From a virus (taxonomy: Duplodnaviria > Caudoviricetes): a stretch of DNA of 25,434 bases. Below, piece after piece: positions 16,169-25,433 of this stretch; the first letter of the stretch is position 1; every line of letters starts with the position of its first letter. A model generated the notes under the pieces. The model saw only the letters and a program-made list of their open reading frames with translations, was not told the origin of the DNA and searched no databases. A program made the translations under genes and the position numbers. The DNA lies in IMG/VR virus record IMGVR_UViG_3300032305_000994, positions 1 to 25,434 of that record, one strand, 5' to 3'.

Positions 16169-16797
16169 TGCATTATTTAAAAACACATCCAATTGTAAGA
16201 GAAGCTCAATATACAAAGGATGATTTGATAAAATTTGAAAGATTAATAGCAGACCATTGGGAAGCCGGTAGAATACAGGGGCCAGTTCATCTTAGTGGTG
16301 GTAATGAAAATGAATTAATTGAAATTGGAAAAAGAATTAAACCAAGTGATTGGGTTTTTTCAACTTGGCGTTCTCACTATCATGCATTGATTAAAGGTAT
16401 TGACCCACAATGGTTGGAGAATGAAATATTAGAAGGAAGGTCTATTACAATAGTAAATAAAGAACAAAAATTCTATTCATCGGCAATAGTTGGTGCAATT
16501 ATCCCAATTGCAATTGGAGTTGCTATGGTTAATAAGTTGGAAAATAAAAATGATAAAGTTTGGTGTTTTATAGGTGATATGGCATTTGAAACGGGTGGAT
16601 TTTATGAAATGCATAAATACGCTCAACGTTATAGTTTACCAATTCAATTTGTTGTAGAAGATAATGGAGTTTCAACTAATACCCCAACAGATGAAACTTG
16701 GAATGGAGTAAAACGGGATATCCCAACCGATGTAATTTGGTATTCATATGAAAAACAGTGGCCGCACTACGGAACAGGAAAATGGGTAGTGTTTTAA
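16165..16797 (+). CDS. TPP-dependent dehydrogenase E1 alpha-like subunit (minimal)
   Basis: 210 aa. GPVHLSGGNE, STWRSHYH, IVGA.IPIA.G and TPP-binding GDMAFETG...VVEDN. ATGA overlap with rmlC. Confidence 0.85.
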   Translation: MMHYLKTHPIVREAQYTKDDLIKFERLIADHWEAGRIQGPVHLSGGNENELIEIGKRIKPSDWVFSTWRSHYHALIKGIDPQWLENEILEGRSITIVNKEQKFYSSAIVGAIIPIAIGVAMVNKLENKNDKVWCFIGDMAFETGGFYEMHKYAQRYSLPIQFVVEDNGVSTNTPTDETWNGVKRDIPTDVIWYSYEKQWPHYGTGKWVVF

Positions 16798-17792
16798 TTA
16801 CAGGTATAGCAGGAATGGTTGGTTCTCATTTAGCCGATTTTCTATTGGAAAATACGGATTGGGAAATCTATGGATTTTGCCGTTGGAATGATAACTTAGA
16901 AAATATAGAACATCTATCTGATAGAATTAATAAAAAGGATAGAATTCAATTGATATACGGTGATTTGAATGATTTAGCATCTATGATTAATGCTGTAAAT
17001 ATTTCAAAACCAAACTATGTATTTCATTTAGCTGCACAATCTTATCCACAAACTAGCTTCACAACTCCAAACGAAACATTGAATACTAATATATTGGGTA
17101 CAACTAATTTATTGGAAGCATTAAAGAATTCTGATTATAAAGATTCCATAATTCATATTTGTTCTTCATCGGAAGTGTTTGGTAAAGTTCCCAAAGATAA
17201 ATTACCAATAGATGAAGAATGTAATTTTCACCCAGCATCTCCATATGCCATCTCTAAGGTTGGTACAGATTTGATTGGTAGATATTATGCAGAAGCATTT
17301 AATATGTGTGTGATGACAACGAGAATGTTTACACATACCGGTCCAAGACGAGGTGATGTATTTTCAGAATCAACATTTGCTAAACAAATTGCAATGATTG
17401 AAGCGGGAATGCAAGAACCTAAGATATATGTTGGGAATTTGGAATCACTTAGAACTTATGCCGATGTTAGAGATGCGGTTAGAGCTTACTATATGTTAGT
17501 TACAATCAATCCGATTGGTGGCGAATACTATAATATAGGTGGTACATACACTTGTAAGATTGCCGATATGTTGGATTACTTATTGAGTAAATCCACTATA
17601 CAAAATATAGAAGTAGTTACAGATATTAGTAGATTAAGACCTATTGATGCTGATTTACAAATACCAAATACCAATAAATTCAAATCTCATACAGGTTGGG
17701 AAGTGGAAATTCCATTTGAAAAAACTATGGATGATTTATTGGAATATTGGAGAAATAAAATTAAATTAGGTAGAAAGTTTTTAAATAGATAA
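16782..17792 (+). CDS. wcbK: GDP-mannose 4,6-dehydratase family SDR, most like WcbK/DmhA GDP-manno-heptose dehydratases
   Basis: Start refined to ATG 16782 (MGSVLITGIAGMVGSHL). Motifs HLAAQS, SSSEVFG, YAISK, THTGPRRGDVF, GNLESLRTYADVRD and RLRPID. The subfamily assignment is from recalled similarity only. Confidence 0.8.
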   Translation: MGSVLITGIAGMVGSHLADFLLENTDWEIYGFCRWNDNLENIEHLSDRINKKDRIQLIYGDLNDLASMINAVNISKPNYVFHLAAQSYPQTSFTTPNETLNTNILGTTNLLEALKNSDYKDSIIHICSSSEVFGKVPKDKLPIDEECNFHPASPYAISKVGTDLIGRYYAEAFNMCVMTTRMFTHTGPRRGDVFSESTFAKQIAMIEAGMQEPKIYVGNLESLRTYADVRDAVRAYYMLVTINPIGGEYYNIGGTYTCKIADMLDYLLSKSTIQNIEVVTDISRLRPIDADLQIPNTNKFKSHTGWEVEIPFEKTMDDLLEYWRNKIKLGRKFLNR

Positions 17793-17793
17793 T

Positions 17794-18342
17794 ATGAGCA
17801 CACCGGAATATACTCCATACAAAGATGCATTGGTAAATTCAATGAATTATTTGGGAGAAAAGCAAAATACAATATTCATAGGACAGCAAGTCAAATGGCA
17901 AGGAAATCCTATGAGTACTACTATCCAAAGTGTACCAACTCACAAACTATATGAACTTCCGGTAATGGAAGAATCTCAAATGGGAATTAGTTTAGGTATG
18001 GCTATGGCAGGCAAATTTGTAGTTACATTTTATCCTCGTTGGGATTTTTTAATATGTGCAACAAATCAATTAGTTAATCACGTTGATAAAATTGGGTTAA
18101 TGAGTATGGGTAATTGGAAACCTAATATGATTATAAGAGTTGGCAAAGGTAGTAATAAACCATTAGACCCAGGACATCAACATAGAGGAAATTATTTTGA
18201 AGAATTTAAATCACTTTGTCCTAATATTCAGTTTTATGATTTATTAAATCACAATGATATTGAATCTATTTATAAAAATGCGTATGAATTGGGTGGAATA
18301 AGTGTAATTGTAGAATATCCTGAATTATATTATTTAAATTAA
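17794..18342 (+). CDS. TPP-dependent E1 beta-like subunit (pyrimidine-binding domain only)
   Basis: 182 aa. IFIGQ, ELPVMEESQMG...GMAMAG, DFLICATNQLVN, GHQH and VIVEY. Lacks the transketolase C-terminal domain. Confidence 0.85.
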   Translation: MSTPEYTPYKDALVNSMNYLGEKQNTIFIGQQVKWQGNPMSTTIQSVPTHKLYELPVMEESQMGISLGMAMAGKFVVTFYPRWDFLICATNQLVNHVDKIGLMSMGNWKPNMIIRVGKGSNKPLDPGHQHRGNYFEEFKSLCPNIQFYDLLNHNDIESIYKNAYELGGISVIVEYPELYYLN

Positions 18343-19026
18343 TTTGGATACTTTCGGTCTAATTACATGACAATTATGGAATGGATGTATATCATTTGTA
18401 ATCAATCCGTTTTTAAATAAATAATCTCCTAACGTTGTATGTGGAATCCATTTATATTCCGAAAATGGGTTTGGTAATCCATTTATAAATCTTCCCATTA
18501 TTTTTCTACTACCACAAAAAAATAAATCATCCGCAACATAGGTTAATTCATTTTCAAAATCATTCGATTTACGGATTCGTAATAATTCATTGGAATATAA
18601 TGTGTTTCTATCAAATTCCCAATCATCTATATCGGTTAAAGAATCACTTAAAGTATATCCCCTAGCCAAAGTTTCAAAAGATAAATCCGGTCTAATTAAA
18701 CATATTAAATCATATTGTTTGCCGGAATCTACTAATAATTTAAAAGAATTTTTCCAATGAAATATCATTTTATTTGCATTTGCAACTTCGGTTGGAAACG
18801 TTTCCGATTCATTTAATATTTCATAAATACAATGTGGTATATAATCGGTAATCATATTCGGAATTACTTCGATTGTTTTATACGAGTCATCATCTTTATA
18901 TTTTTGAGTTGAACTACTCCAAGTAGACATATAAAAATCATATTTTATAAGATTTTGCGATTCCAATGATTTTACTACAAAATCAAATTCTCTATACATA
19001 CCAGCTATTAAAAATGCTATTTTCAT
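18334..19026 (-). CDS. Glycan-cluster hypothetical (KIAFLIAG..R...STW...RPD family)
   Basis: 230 aa. Motifs DFYMSTW, YDLICLIRPDL and DDLFFCG. Paralog of 13949..14677. Convergent 9-nt overlap with E1-beta. Confidence 0.6.
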   Translation of the reverse strand: MKIAFLIAGMYREFDFVVKSLESQNLIKYDFYMSTWSSSTQKYKDDDSYKTIEVIPNMITDYIPHCIYEILNESETFPTEVANANKMIFHWKNSFKLLVDSGKQYDLICLIRPDLSFETLARGYTLSDSLTDIDDWEFDRNTLYSNELLRIRKSNDFENELTYVADDLFFCGSRKIMGRFINGLPNPFSEYKWIPHTTLGDYLFKNGLITNDIHPFHNCHVIRPKVSKLI

Positions 19027-19811
19027 AGTGTATGCTTTATAAATTTATAAAATGAGTTAGCAAATTCAATATGCCACCTATCACCAGGATGTTCACAATC
19101 TCTACCCATAGAATCGTTTTTATAACAATCAATTGGTTCAAAAAATGTGTTTGTATTTATAGTAGATTTTAAATGTGGTTTTAATTCTTTAAATACATCG
19201 TAGTAGTATCCAGCTATTGTATGATATACTTTTATATTATGAAGCTTTGCAATTGTTTCTACAAATGTATATGCTTCCCAAAATAACATTAAATCCTGAT
19301 AATCATTTCTTAGCTGAATAAATAATAAATCTTCATCATCATTTTTCCAAACGATATCGTTAGATTGAGCCGGTCTAAAACCACCTACTTTTTTAAATGA
19401 ACCATCTTCTTTTAAATAATCTCGTCTACTAAATCCAGGCCACATTATAAATGTAACATCTGGACTAAATTGAGATGAAACGAATTTATGAAAAGTTTTT
19501 GCTATAAATGAAGTAGATACTCCATAGTTTCCATAGTTAAATAACGTTCCTTTTCCAATTCGATTTCTTAATTGTGTTGGCCAGATACTTTCATTTTTAA
19601 CACCAATTCCCATAGTCCAAGAACAACCCAATGTCAATATGTTATAATCGGATTTATCTTTTATTGAGTTAGAACGATATCCATGTTCATTCATATCATA
19701 TACAATAGAACCATCGTTAAACACATCAGTTGCTAATGTTTTTAATTTTTTATTTGTATATGATTTATTTACAAATATATCATTTGATAATATTAAATCT
19801 ACATCTTTCAT
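19023..19811 (-). CDS. SGNH/GDSL-like hydrolase/acyltransferase
   Basis: 262 aa. N..GYRS, TLGCSWTMG, WP, NYGNYGVS, MWPGFSR and DCEHPG. Confidence 0.7.
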   Translation of the reverse strand: MKDVDLILSNDIFVNKSYTNKKLKTLATDVFNDGSIVYDMNEHGYRSNSIKDKSDYNILTLGCSWTMGIGVKNESIWPTQLRNRIGKGTLFNYGNYGVSTSFIAKTFHKFVSSQFSPDVTFIMWPGFSRRDYLKEDGSFKKVGGFRPAQSNDIVWKNDDEDLLFIQLRNDYQDLMLFWEAYTFVETIAKLHNIKVYHTIAGYYYDVFKELKPHLKSTINTNTFFEPIDCYKNDSMGRDCEHPGDRWHIEFANSFYKFIKHTL

Positions 19812-21226
19812 ATTACTTTGTAAATGAAATTATTAAATTCTTTAATTAGTTCTTCACCAAATATTTTTGTTTTATTATAATTTAATAATGTTTTATGATT
19901 ATGTACTAATATTTCTTCCATAGACCAATACCACTTATGCAATTCTTCTTTACTCATTTTACATAACTTATCAATTTCTTTTGTAATTAAATCGATTCGT
20001 TTAGCATTATCCGTTTCATTATCATAACTCTCATCTATAAATCCTTCAAATGTTTTAAATCCTAATTCTTTTAATAATTTTAAAGAGCCTGGAAATGCTA
20101 CAAATATAAATGGTTGGAAATTTATTAATGGTTTAAATATTTTTTCAGTTAAAGATTTACAATCGGTATGTATAAATGTTTCAAAGCATATTTCAAAATA
20201 AGAATCTATATGTGGTTTGAACTCATTATCAGTCCATGCATTAACTTTATTGTAATCAGTATTTTGTTCACTTTTTAATAAATGCGGAGCGTTATCATAC
20301 ATATTTTTTACTCTACCTAAATGTAAATTTTGTAAATTATATCTTTCAATAATGTGTCCAACTGATACTGTGTTATATCCGTGTGGTGATAAAAATGACC
20401 AATCACCATATTGTAGTAAATCATCGCTTATCATTTTATATAAAACTGCTAACCTATGTTCTCTACCATTTCTAATTTTCATTAGAAAATGATTATCTCG
20501 TATTGTATCTTTTGTATTATAGAAATCGGTTTCAGTCATACATACTCCAAGCTTTCGTTGTATACAATCGCTGTAATACCAAGAACTATGGTCTAAACAA
20601 AATGGTAAATTTCTAACTGCTAATTTTCTTTCATTCTCTGGAAAATAACTTTCGTATAACTCTTTTGCATTAAAACTATTTATTCCCATTATAATACTAC
20701 CATTTGGTATACCACTACCATTTAGAGAAGTATGTATATCCATATAAGTATCTTTATCTACAAACGGCTCCATTGAATAATCTATAAAAATTTTACATCT
20801 TCCATGTAAAATAGATTCCATTGCTTTTTTAGAAATAAATTTCCAAAAATGTTCACCTTGCATTTTTTTAGAATGGCCTGGGTTTATTCCTGTAAATTCT
20901 CCCAATACTGCATTTGGTTTTATTGGATATATGAATCCATTTGGATTTCTTTGCATCAGATACAATGCATTTTCCGTATAGTCGATTACATTCCCATAAA
21001 CTTGCGCTTGATAAAAATACCCCGTTGCTGAATTTGGCATACTTCCCAATTGACCATCAAACATTTCACCCAAAGAAATATATTGTTCAAATGCCGTAGC
21101 ATTTTGAGCTTTCAATGAATGCATTGATGCCATATAGTTTATAATCCCCAATTCAGTCATTGTTGCATTTGGCAATATGAATGTTGGAAATACATAATCA
21201 AATGCAAAGTTAATTTTATGTTTCAT
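19808..21226 (-). CDS. TEK-motif protein, GT10/GT-B-like glycosyltransferase candidate
   Basis: Start refined to ATG 21226 (MKHKINF). Motifs REHR, SYFEICFET, LTEKIFKP...QPFI, LKELGFKTF..FIDESYD and HN. Confidence 0.6.
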   Translation of the reverse strand: MKHKINFAFDYVFPTFILPNATMTELGIINYMASMHSLKAQNATAFEQYISLGEMFDGQLGSMPNSATGYFYQAQVYGNVIDYTENALYLMQRNPNGFIYPIKPNAVLGEFTGINPGHSKKMQGEHFWKFISKKAMESILHGRCKIFIDYSMEPFVDKDTYMDIHTSLNGSGIPNGSIIMGINSFNAKELYESYFPENERKLAVRNLPFCLDHSSWYYSDCIQRKLGVCMTETDFYNTKDTIRDNHFLMKIRNGREHRLAVLYKMISDDLLQYGDWSFLSPHGYNTVSVGHIIERYNLQNLHLGRVKNMYDNAPHLLKSEQNTDYNKVNAWTDNEFKPHIDSYFEICFETFIHTDCKSLTEKIFKPLINFQPFIFVAFPGSLKLLKELGFKTFEGFIDESYDNETDNAKRIDLITKEIDKLCKMSKEELHKWYWSMEEILVHNHKTLLNYNKTKIFGEELIKEFNNFIYKVI

Positions 21227-21227
21227 A

Positions 21228-22019
21228 TTAAAATGTTGGACTATGATATGCTCTATTATATTTTGGAGCAAATAGAGTAGTAAATGCTTCGGCTTGTTGC
21301 TTCATATTATTTTTTATAGAAATAGATTCGGCATATTCAAATCGTTTCTTTGATATTGGTGTATCGAATTCCGGAAACTTTTCTTTCATATAAGTGTAAT
21401 GTATTAATTGTGTTGGATGTGAATCCGTATATCCTTCATCTTCATAGTAGTTAAAATCCGTTGGATAATGATACCTTTTATTTTGCCATGTCATCATTGA
21501 TTCCGGTTCATCTAATAAACTTTCAAATTCCTTTTCCATTTTAATAGATAATCTATTATACAATGTATCATCAAATTTACCATTATTATGTATTGCATTT
21601 ACTCCTAATAGTAATTTATGCTTTATTCCTTTTAATGTTAAAATCTTTTTTATGGTATTAATGGCTATCCAAGAATTGTAAATTCCCTGGTCTTCTGTCC
21701 ACATATTGTTTACAAATTCTTTGAAATGCGCAGGATTATTAAATACACTTCCAGAGCAATTCCATCCATATTTCGTATAAAATGAAAATCTACTAAAGGA
21801 TGTGAACATTACAACTATATAATCATCTTTTGAATTAAAATTATATAAAGTGTCCGCTTCTATGAATTTATTTAATATATAAGTGTTACAAGCGCCCCCT
21901 CTTCCAAAGTTATAATATTCATTAAAATTTGCACCTAAATAGTCTGCCCATGTACCAGTTATGTGACCTGTAAACGAGCACCCAAATGCAAAACATCTAT
22001 TATGAGTTGAACCAAGCAT
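21228..22019 (-). CDS. SGNH/GDSL-like hydrolase/acyltransferase
   Basis: 263 aa. AFGCSFT, TWAD, NFGRGGACN, MFTSFSR and DSHPT...H. Confidence 0.7.
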   Translation of the reverse strand: MLGSTHNRCFAFGCSFTGHITGTWADYLGANFNEYYNFGRGGACNTYILNKFIEADTLYNFNSKDDYIVVMFTSFSRFSFYTKYGWNCSGSVFNNPAHFKEFVNNMWTEDQGIYNSWIAINTIKKILTLKGIKHKLLLGVNAIHNNGKFDDTLYNRLSIKMEKEFESLLDEPESMMTWQNKRYHYPTDFNYYEDEGYTDSHPTQLIHYTYMKEKFPEFDTPISKKRFEYAESISIKNNMKQQAEAFTTLFAPKYNRAYHSPTF

Positions 22020-22797
22020 TTTGTTTAATTTTTTTAATTACAGTTTCGTATGCAACTTTTTGTCCTTCCGCTGATGTATGTAGTGTATTTAAATCATCAG
22101 GATATTTTTCCGATAATGTATACCAATCTACATTTACTAAATTTTGTTTAGGAATATACATTGTAAATTCACCATCGGATGTTAGTATCAAATGATTTAT
22201 TCCTTTATTTTTTAATAAATTATGAGCCATTACAGTTAACCCCATATCCGATTGTCTTTGTATTTGGTCATCAAATATCTCTGCGTAAAAATTTCTAAGT
22301 AATTGCATACGCTCAGGCGTTTCTTTTTTAAATTTAGCAAAATAATCACCAGCTCCTCGTTTTTTAGTTAATACATTATCAACATAATCAACCACTCCAT
22401 AATAATTTTCAGTAAACATTTGTCCCGTATAGTGTGGGTCATCTTTCATAGGATTTTCTAAAAGATACGGATATGTATCCTTCCCATACGGAGGATATTG
22501 ATGATAGTTTACGTTTGATAAATGTATATGATGTTGTACGTTTATTGCATTTTCTGGAAACCAATCAACTCTATTATATGATGTTACACCTATACAAAGT
22601 AAATCTATATCAGGGTTTTTTTCAATTGCATATTTTACTTGCAATAGAATAGATAAATTTGTACTTGAACCTTTTGAGTAATTTACAATATCTTTACCTA
22701 ATTCTTTTGCTAACAACGAACCATATGGTTCATTTTTTAAATCGTGACATCCAATTCCAATACTGAATGAATCGCCACATATAACTACTTTACCCAT
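22000..22797 (-). CDS. SGNH/GDSL-like hydrolase/acyltransferase
   Basis: 265 aa. ICGDSFSIG, NYSKGSSTN, GVTSYNR and TLHTSAEGQ. Confidence 0.7.
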   Translation of the reverse strand: MGKVVICGDSFSIGIGCHDLKNEPYGSLLAKELGKDIVNYSKGSSTNLSILLQVKYAIEKNPDIDLLCIGVTSYNRVDWFPENAINVQHHIHLSNVNYHQYPPYGKDTYPYLLENPMKDDPHYTGQMFTENYYGVVDYVDNVLTKKRGAGDYFAKFKKETPERMQLLRNFYAEIFDDQIQRQSDMGLTVMAHNLLKNKGINHLILTSDGEFTMYIPKQNLVNVDWYTLSEKYPDDLNTLHTSAEGQKVAYETVIKKIKQNAWFNS

Positions 22798-23672
22798 TAT
22801 AATAAATTGTTTGTTTCTATGTAATTTTTAAGTTCTTTTGCCCAAACCATATGTGATTGTGGAGATGGATGCCAACCATAATAAACTGGTTCTACATTTG
22901 ATTTTTCCATAAATCTTTTAAATGTATTATCCGGTTGGTCTTTTTTATAAAAACGAATTGGGTCAACTGTATCCCAAGCTGAAACGAATTCATTTTGATA
23001 AACGTGTCTACCTTTATGTGTAGATATTTGGTGAGGTGAACCATGTAGATTTAATCCAAGCAATTCATTTCTAACATCCAAATCATTCCAATCTTCTGGG
23101 TTTCTACCAGGTGTTTGGTAGAATGAATTATAACACATCCATTTTATATTATGTGCATTGCAAAAGTTTTGTAATTGTAATACATTCATCACATATCTCG
23201 GCAAATATTCTTCCGGATTCCATAAATATGTTACATAGAAATCCCAAAATTCTTTTTGTTGTGGTGCATCAAAATGTTGTACTTGTGGCCATAATCTGAA
23301 TTTATTATTTATCTTATCATCCTTATACCAAAAGTGATTTCTTTCGGGAGATGACCATCCAACTATTACAAATAAATTATCCGTTGGTATTTTTTTAGCC
23401 AAATAATTTGAACTTATATATGTTATAGTTCTATTTACGATTGTACCATTATCATCAGCCGGCCATGCTAAATTAGTAACTTCCGCATTCATTATTTTAG
23501 ATAAGTGCGTTGTGAATATTTTTGGTATTCTATACTCATCATTTTCTTCCATCCAATCATATTTGCCAGGATGTACTGCTCCATCGTATCGTTTACTGAT
23601 TTCCGGGTCAGCTATTTCAGAACCAAATACCCAACTATCGCCATCGCATATGATTTTTAATTTTTTTTCCAT
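22797..23672 (-). CDS. SGNH/GDSL-like hydrolase/acyltransferase (DUF6071-like)
   Basis: 291 aa. CDGDSWVFG, NLAWPADDN, VGWSSPER and GWHPSPQSH..WA. Confidence 0.7.
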   Translation of the reverse strand: MEKKLKIICDGDSWVFGSEIADPEISKRYDGAVHPGKYDWMEENDEYRIPKIFTTHLSKIMNAEVTNLAWPADDNGTIVNRTITYISSNYLAKKIPTDNLFVIVGWSSPERNHFWYKDDKINNKFRLWPQVQHFDAPQQKEFWDFYVTYLWNPEEYLPRYVMNVLQLQNFCNAHNIKWMCYNSFYQTPGRNPEDWNDLDVRNELLGLNLHGSPHQISTHKGRHVYQNEFVSAWDTVDPIRFYKKDQPDNTFKRFMEKSNVEPVYYGWHPSPQSHMVWAKELKNYIETNNLL

Positions 23673-24343
23673 TATATTAATTTTGATTTAAATGCCATTT
23701 CAAATGGCTCTTGGTATAATTTATTAAGTATTATTTTAGAAAACTCTCTATGACCATTATACGACCAATGAGCATCTGTTATCTTATCATTGCTTGCTTC
23801 CTGTATTCGTTCATAAATTGATTTATCCAAATAACGAATTACATCCCAACATATACATTTTCTAACTCCTTTTAGTAAAAATAATTTTTTAAAAAAATTA
23901 AATCTAGCATCTATTCGCATATCATTTAGAGGATTATCCATTAGCCATGTATTATATAATATACTATCTATTTCTAACGAATCATATCCTTCGTATTTTA
24001 ACGTTTCATCCGAATGTGGAGTTATTGTTAAGAATTTTTTAAAATATGGTTGATGTTTTTTGTATTTAGGTGCTATATCGAATCTATGTGTAAATGTTTT
24101 TTGTAAAACAACAACATCTCCTTCAGAAACCTCATCAAATCTTTCCATTATATTATCAAATATAATATCATTAGATGAACCACCTTCGGCGTAGTTATAT
24201 AATTTATATCCAATTTCTTTAGCTAATATTTCAGGCCAAATTAAATCATCTTCAGTTTTTTTATATTTTTTAGGATATACTTCATGTTCCAAACATCCAT
24301 TACCATATGTGTATGAGCAACCAAATACAAATAATTTATTCAT
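23672..24343 (-). CDS. SGNH/GDSL-like hydrolase/acyltransferase
   Basis: 223 aa. VFGCSYTYG, WP, NYAEGGSSN, QKTFTHR and DAHWSYNGH. Confidence 0.7.
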   Translation of the reverse strand: MNKLFVFGCSYTYGNGCLEHEVYPKKYKKTEDDLIWPEILAKEIGYKLYNYAEGGSSNDIIFDNIMERFDEVSEGDVVVLQKTFTHRFDIAPKYKKHQPYFKKFLTITPHSDETLKYEGYDSLEIDSILYNTWLMDNPLNDMRIDARFNFFKKLFLLKGVRKCICWDVIRYLDKSIYERIQEASNDKITDAHWSYNGHREFSKIILNKLYQEPFEMAFKSKLI

Positions 24344-25433
24344 CGTTTAATATAAATTTTATTAATTTTTCACAATTATATGGTTTATCCAAATACTTCA
24401 TAAATAAATTGTAGTTATTTTGCATTTTATCACCATACAATAGTTTCAATTCCAAATGTGTCTTATCTAAATCGTATTCATTTATTTTATATAATTCTAA
24501 AATATATTCTATACTTTTAAATATTGAATTTTTCATATTTTCCGATAATTCATCTATAAACTTTGTTGTAGAGAAATCAAAGAATTCTGAATTTAAAAAC
24601 CAAAATCCCATTTCGTGCAATTCTATAAAATTAATTGGATTCATATCCATAATAAATGGTATATCCATTTTAGAATACAATATTGCTTTTAATGTTTTTT
24701 CCGTAATATATTGTCTATTTAAACTTTGGTATGGAAATATAAATTCTTCAAAATTTGTAGTTTCAAATGTAAATGCACATACAGATGTTATATAATCTAA
24801 GTAAGATGTAGTGTGGCATTTACTATCCCAAGTTGGAGTATGTAAGCAATTGAATTTTGTAAAGAAATCAGGTTTTGGTGATTCTTTATATATCTCTAAC
24901 AAACTACTATCTATATTTTTATTTATAAATTTAGTTTTAATATCATTATGCATTTTATCCCTCGATACTTTATAATTTTTCTTCAAGTACATTCCAATTA
25001 AGTTTTGTTTTTTAACATCTAACTTATTGTATGGATAAAAATCAAAACCATATTGATAGTATGAATATATTAAATTTAAAAATGGTTCATAATAAAAATT
25101 AGGATTGTTATAGCTTACATTACTGCAAGATATTACTTTGTTATCTTTTAGAAAATTTCTTAATGTATTATTTTTCGTATGAATGGCTTCACTTACATTT
25201 AAATAAATTACTTCTAAAATATTTTTATCTATGTTTGTAAAATCATTTTTTTCAACACCTTCGATAAATAATCTTCTAGCAAATAGAAACACTTTATCAT
25301 ATCCTTCTTGTTGAGTTTGTTCTTTTGCAAACTGCATATATGCATTTATGTTTTCATATTGCTGTACTACAAATTTAAAATCAATTTCGGTATCTTCAAA
25401 TTTAAATTTATAAAATTTATCAATATTTTCTAA
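24336..25433 (-). CDS. TEK-motif protein, GT10/GT-B-like candidate (5' partial)
   Basis: The frame stays open from 25337 to the window edge (LENIDKFYKFKFEDTEIDF...), so the start lies outside. Motifs FTFET, YITEKTLKA...PFI, LHEMGF and NN. Confidence 0.55.
   Translation of the reverse strand, partial: LENIDKFYKFKFEDTEIDFKFVVQQYENINAYMQFAKEQTQQEGYDKVFLFARRLFIEGVEKNDFTNIDKNILEVIYLNVSEAIHTKNNTLRNFLKDNKVISCSNVSYNNPNFYYEPFLNLIYSYYQYGFDFYPYNKLDVKKQNLIGMYLKKNYKVSRDKMHNDIKTKFINKNIDSSLLEIYKESPKPDFFTKFNCLHTPTWDSKCHTTSYLDYITSVCAFTFETTNFEEFIFPYQSLNRQYITEKTLKAILYSKMDIPFIMDMNPINFIELHEMGFWFLNSEFFDFSTTKFIDELSENMKNSIFKSIEYILELYKINEYDLDKTHLELKLLYGDKMQNNYNLFMKYLDKPYNCEKLIKFILNDE

Noticed and set aside
16165-18342. 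Pyruvate dehydrogenase as a central-metabolism auxiliary gene
   Set aside because: Subunits are truncated and interleaved with NDP-sugar enzymes, and no E2/E3 is in the window.
15548-21271. Track start sites 15548, 16758 and 21271 (also 14713)
   Set aside because: Extensions overlap promoter regions or upstream genes. Family motifs begin at downstream ATGs (15620, 16782, 21226, 14677).
17687-23299. Short ORFs 17687..17872 (-), 20849..21031, 21986..22195 and 23111..23299 (+)
   Set aside because: Antisense shadows of longer motif-bearing genes.
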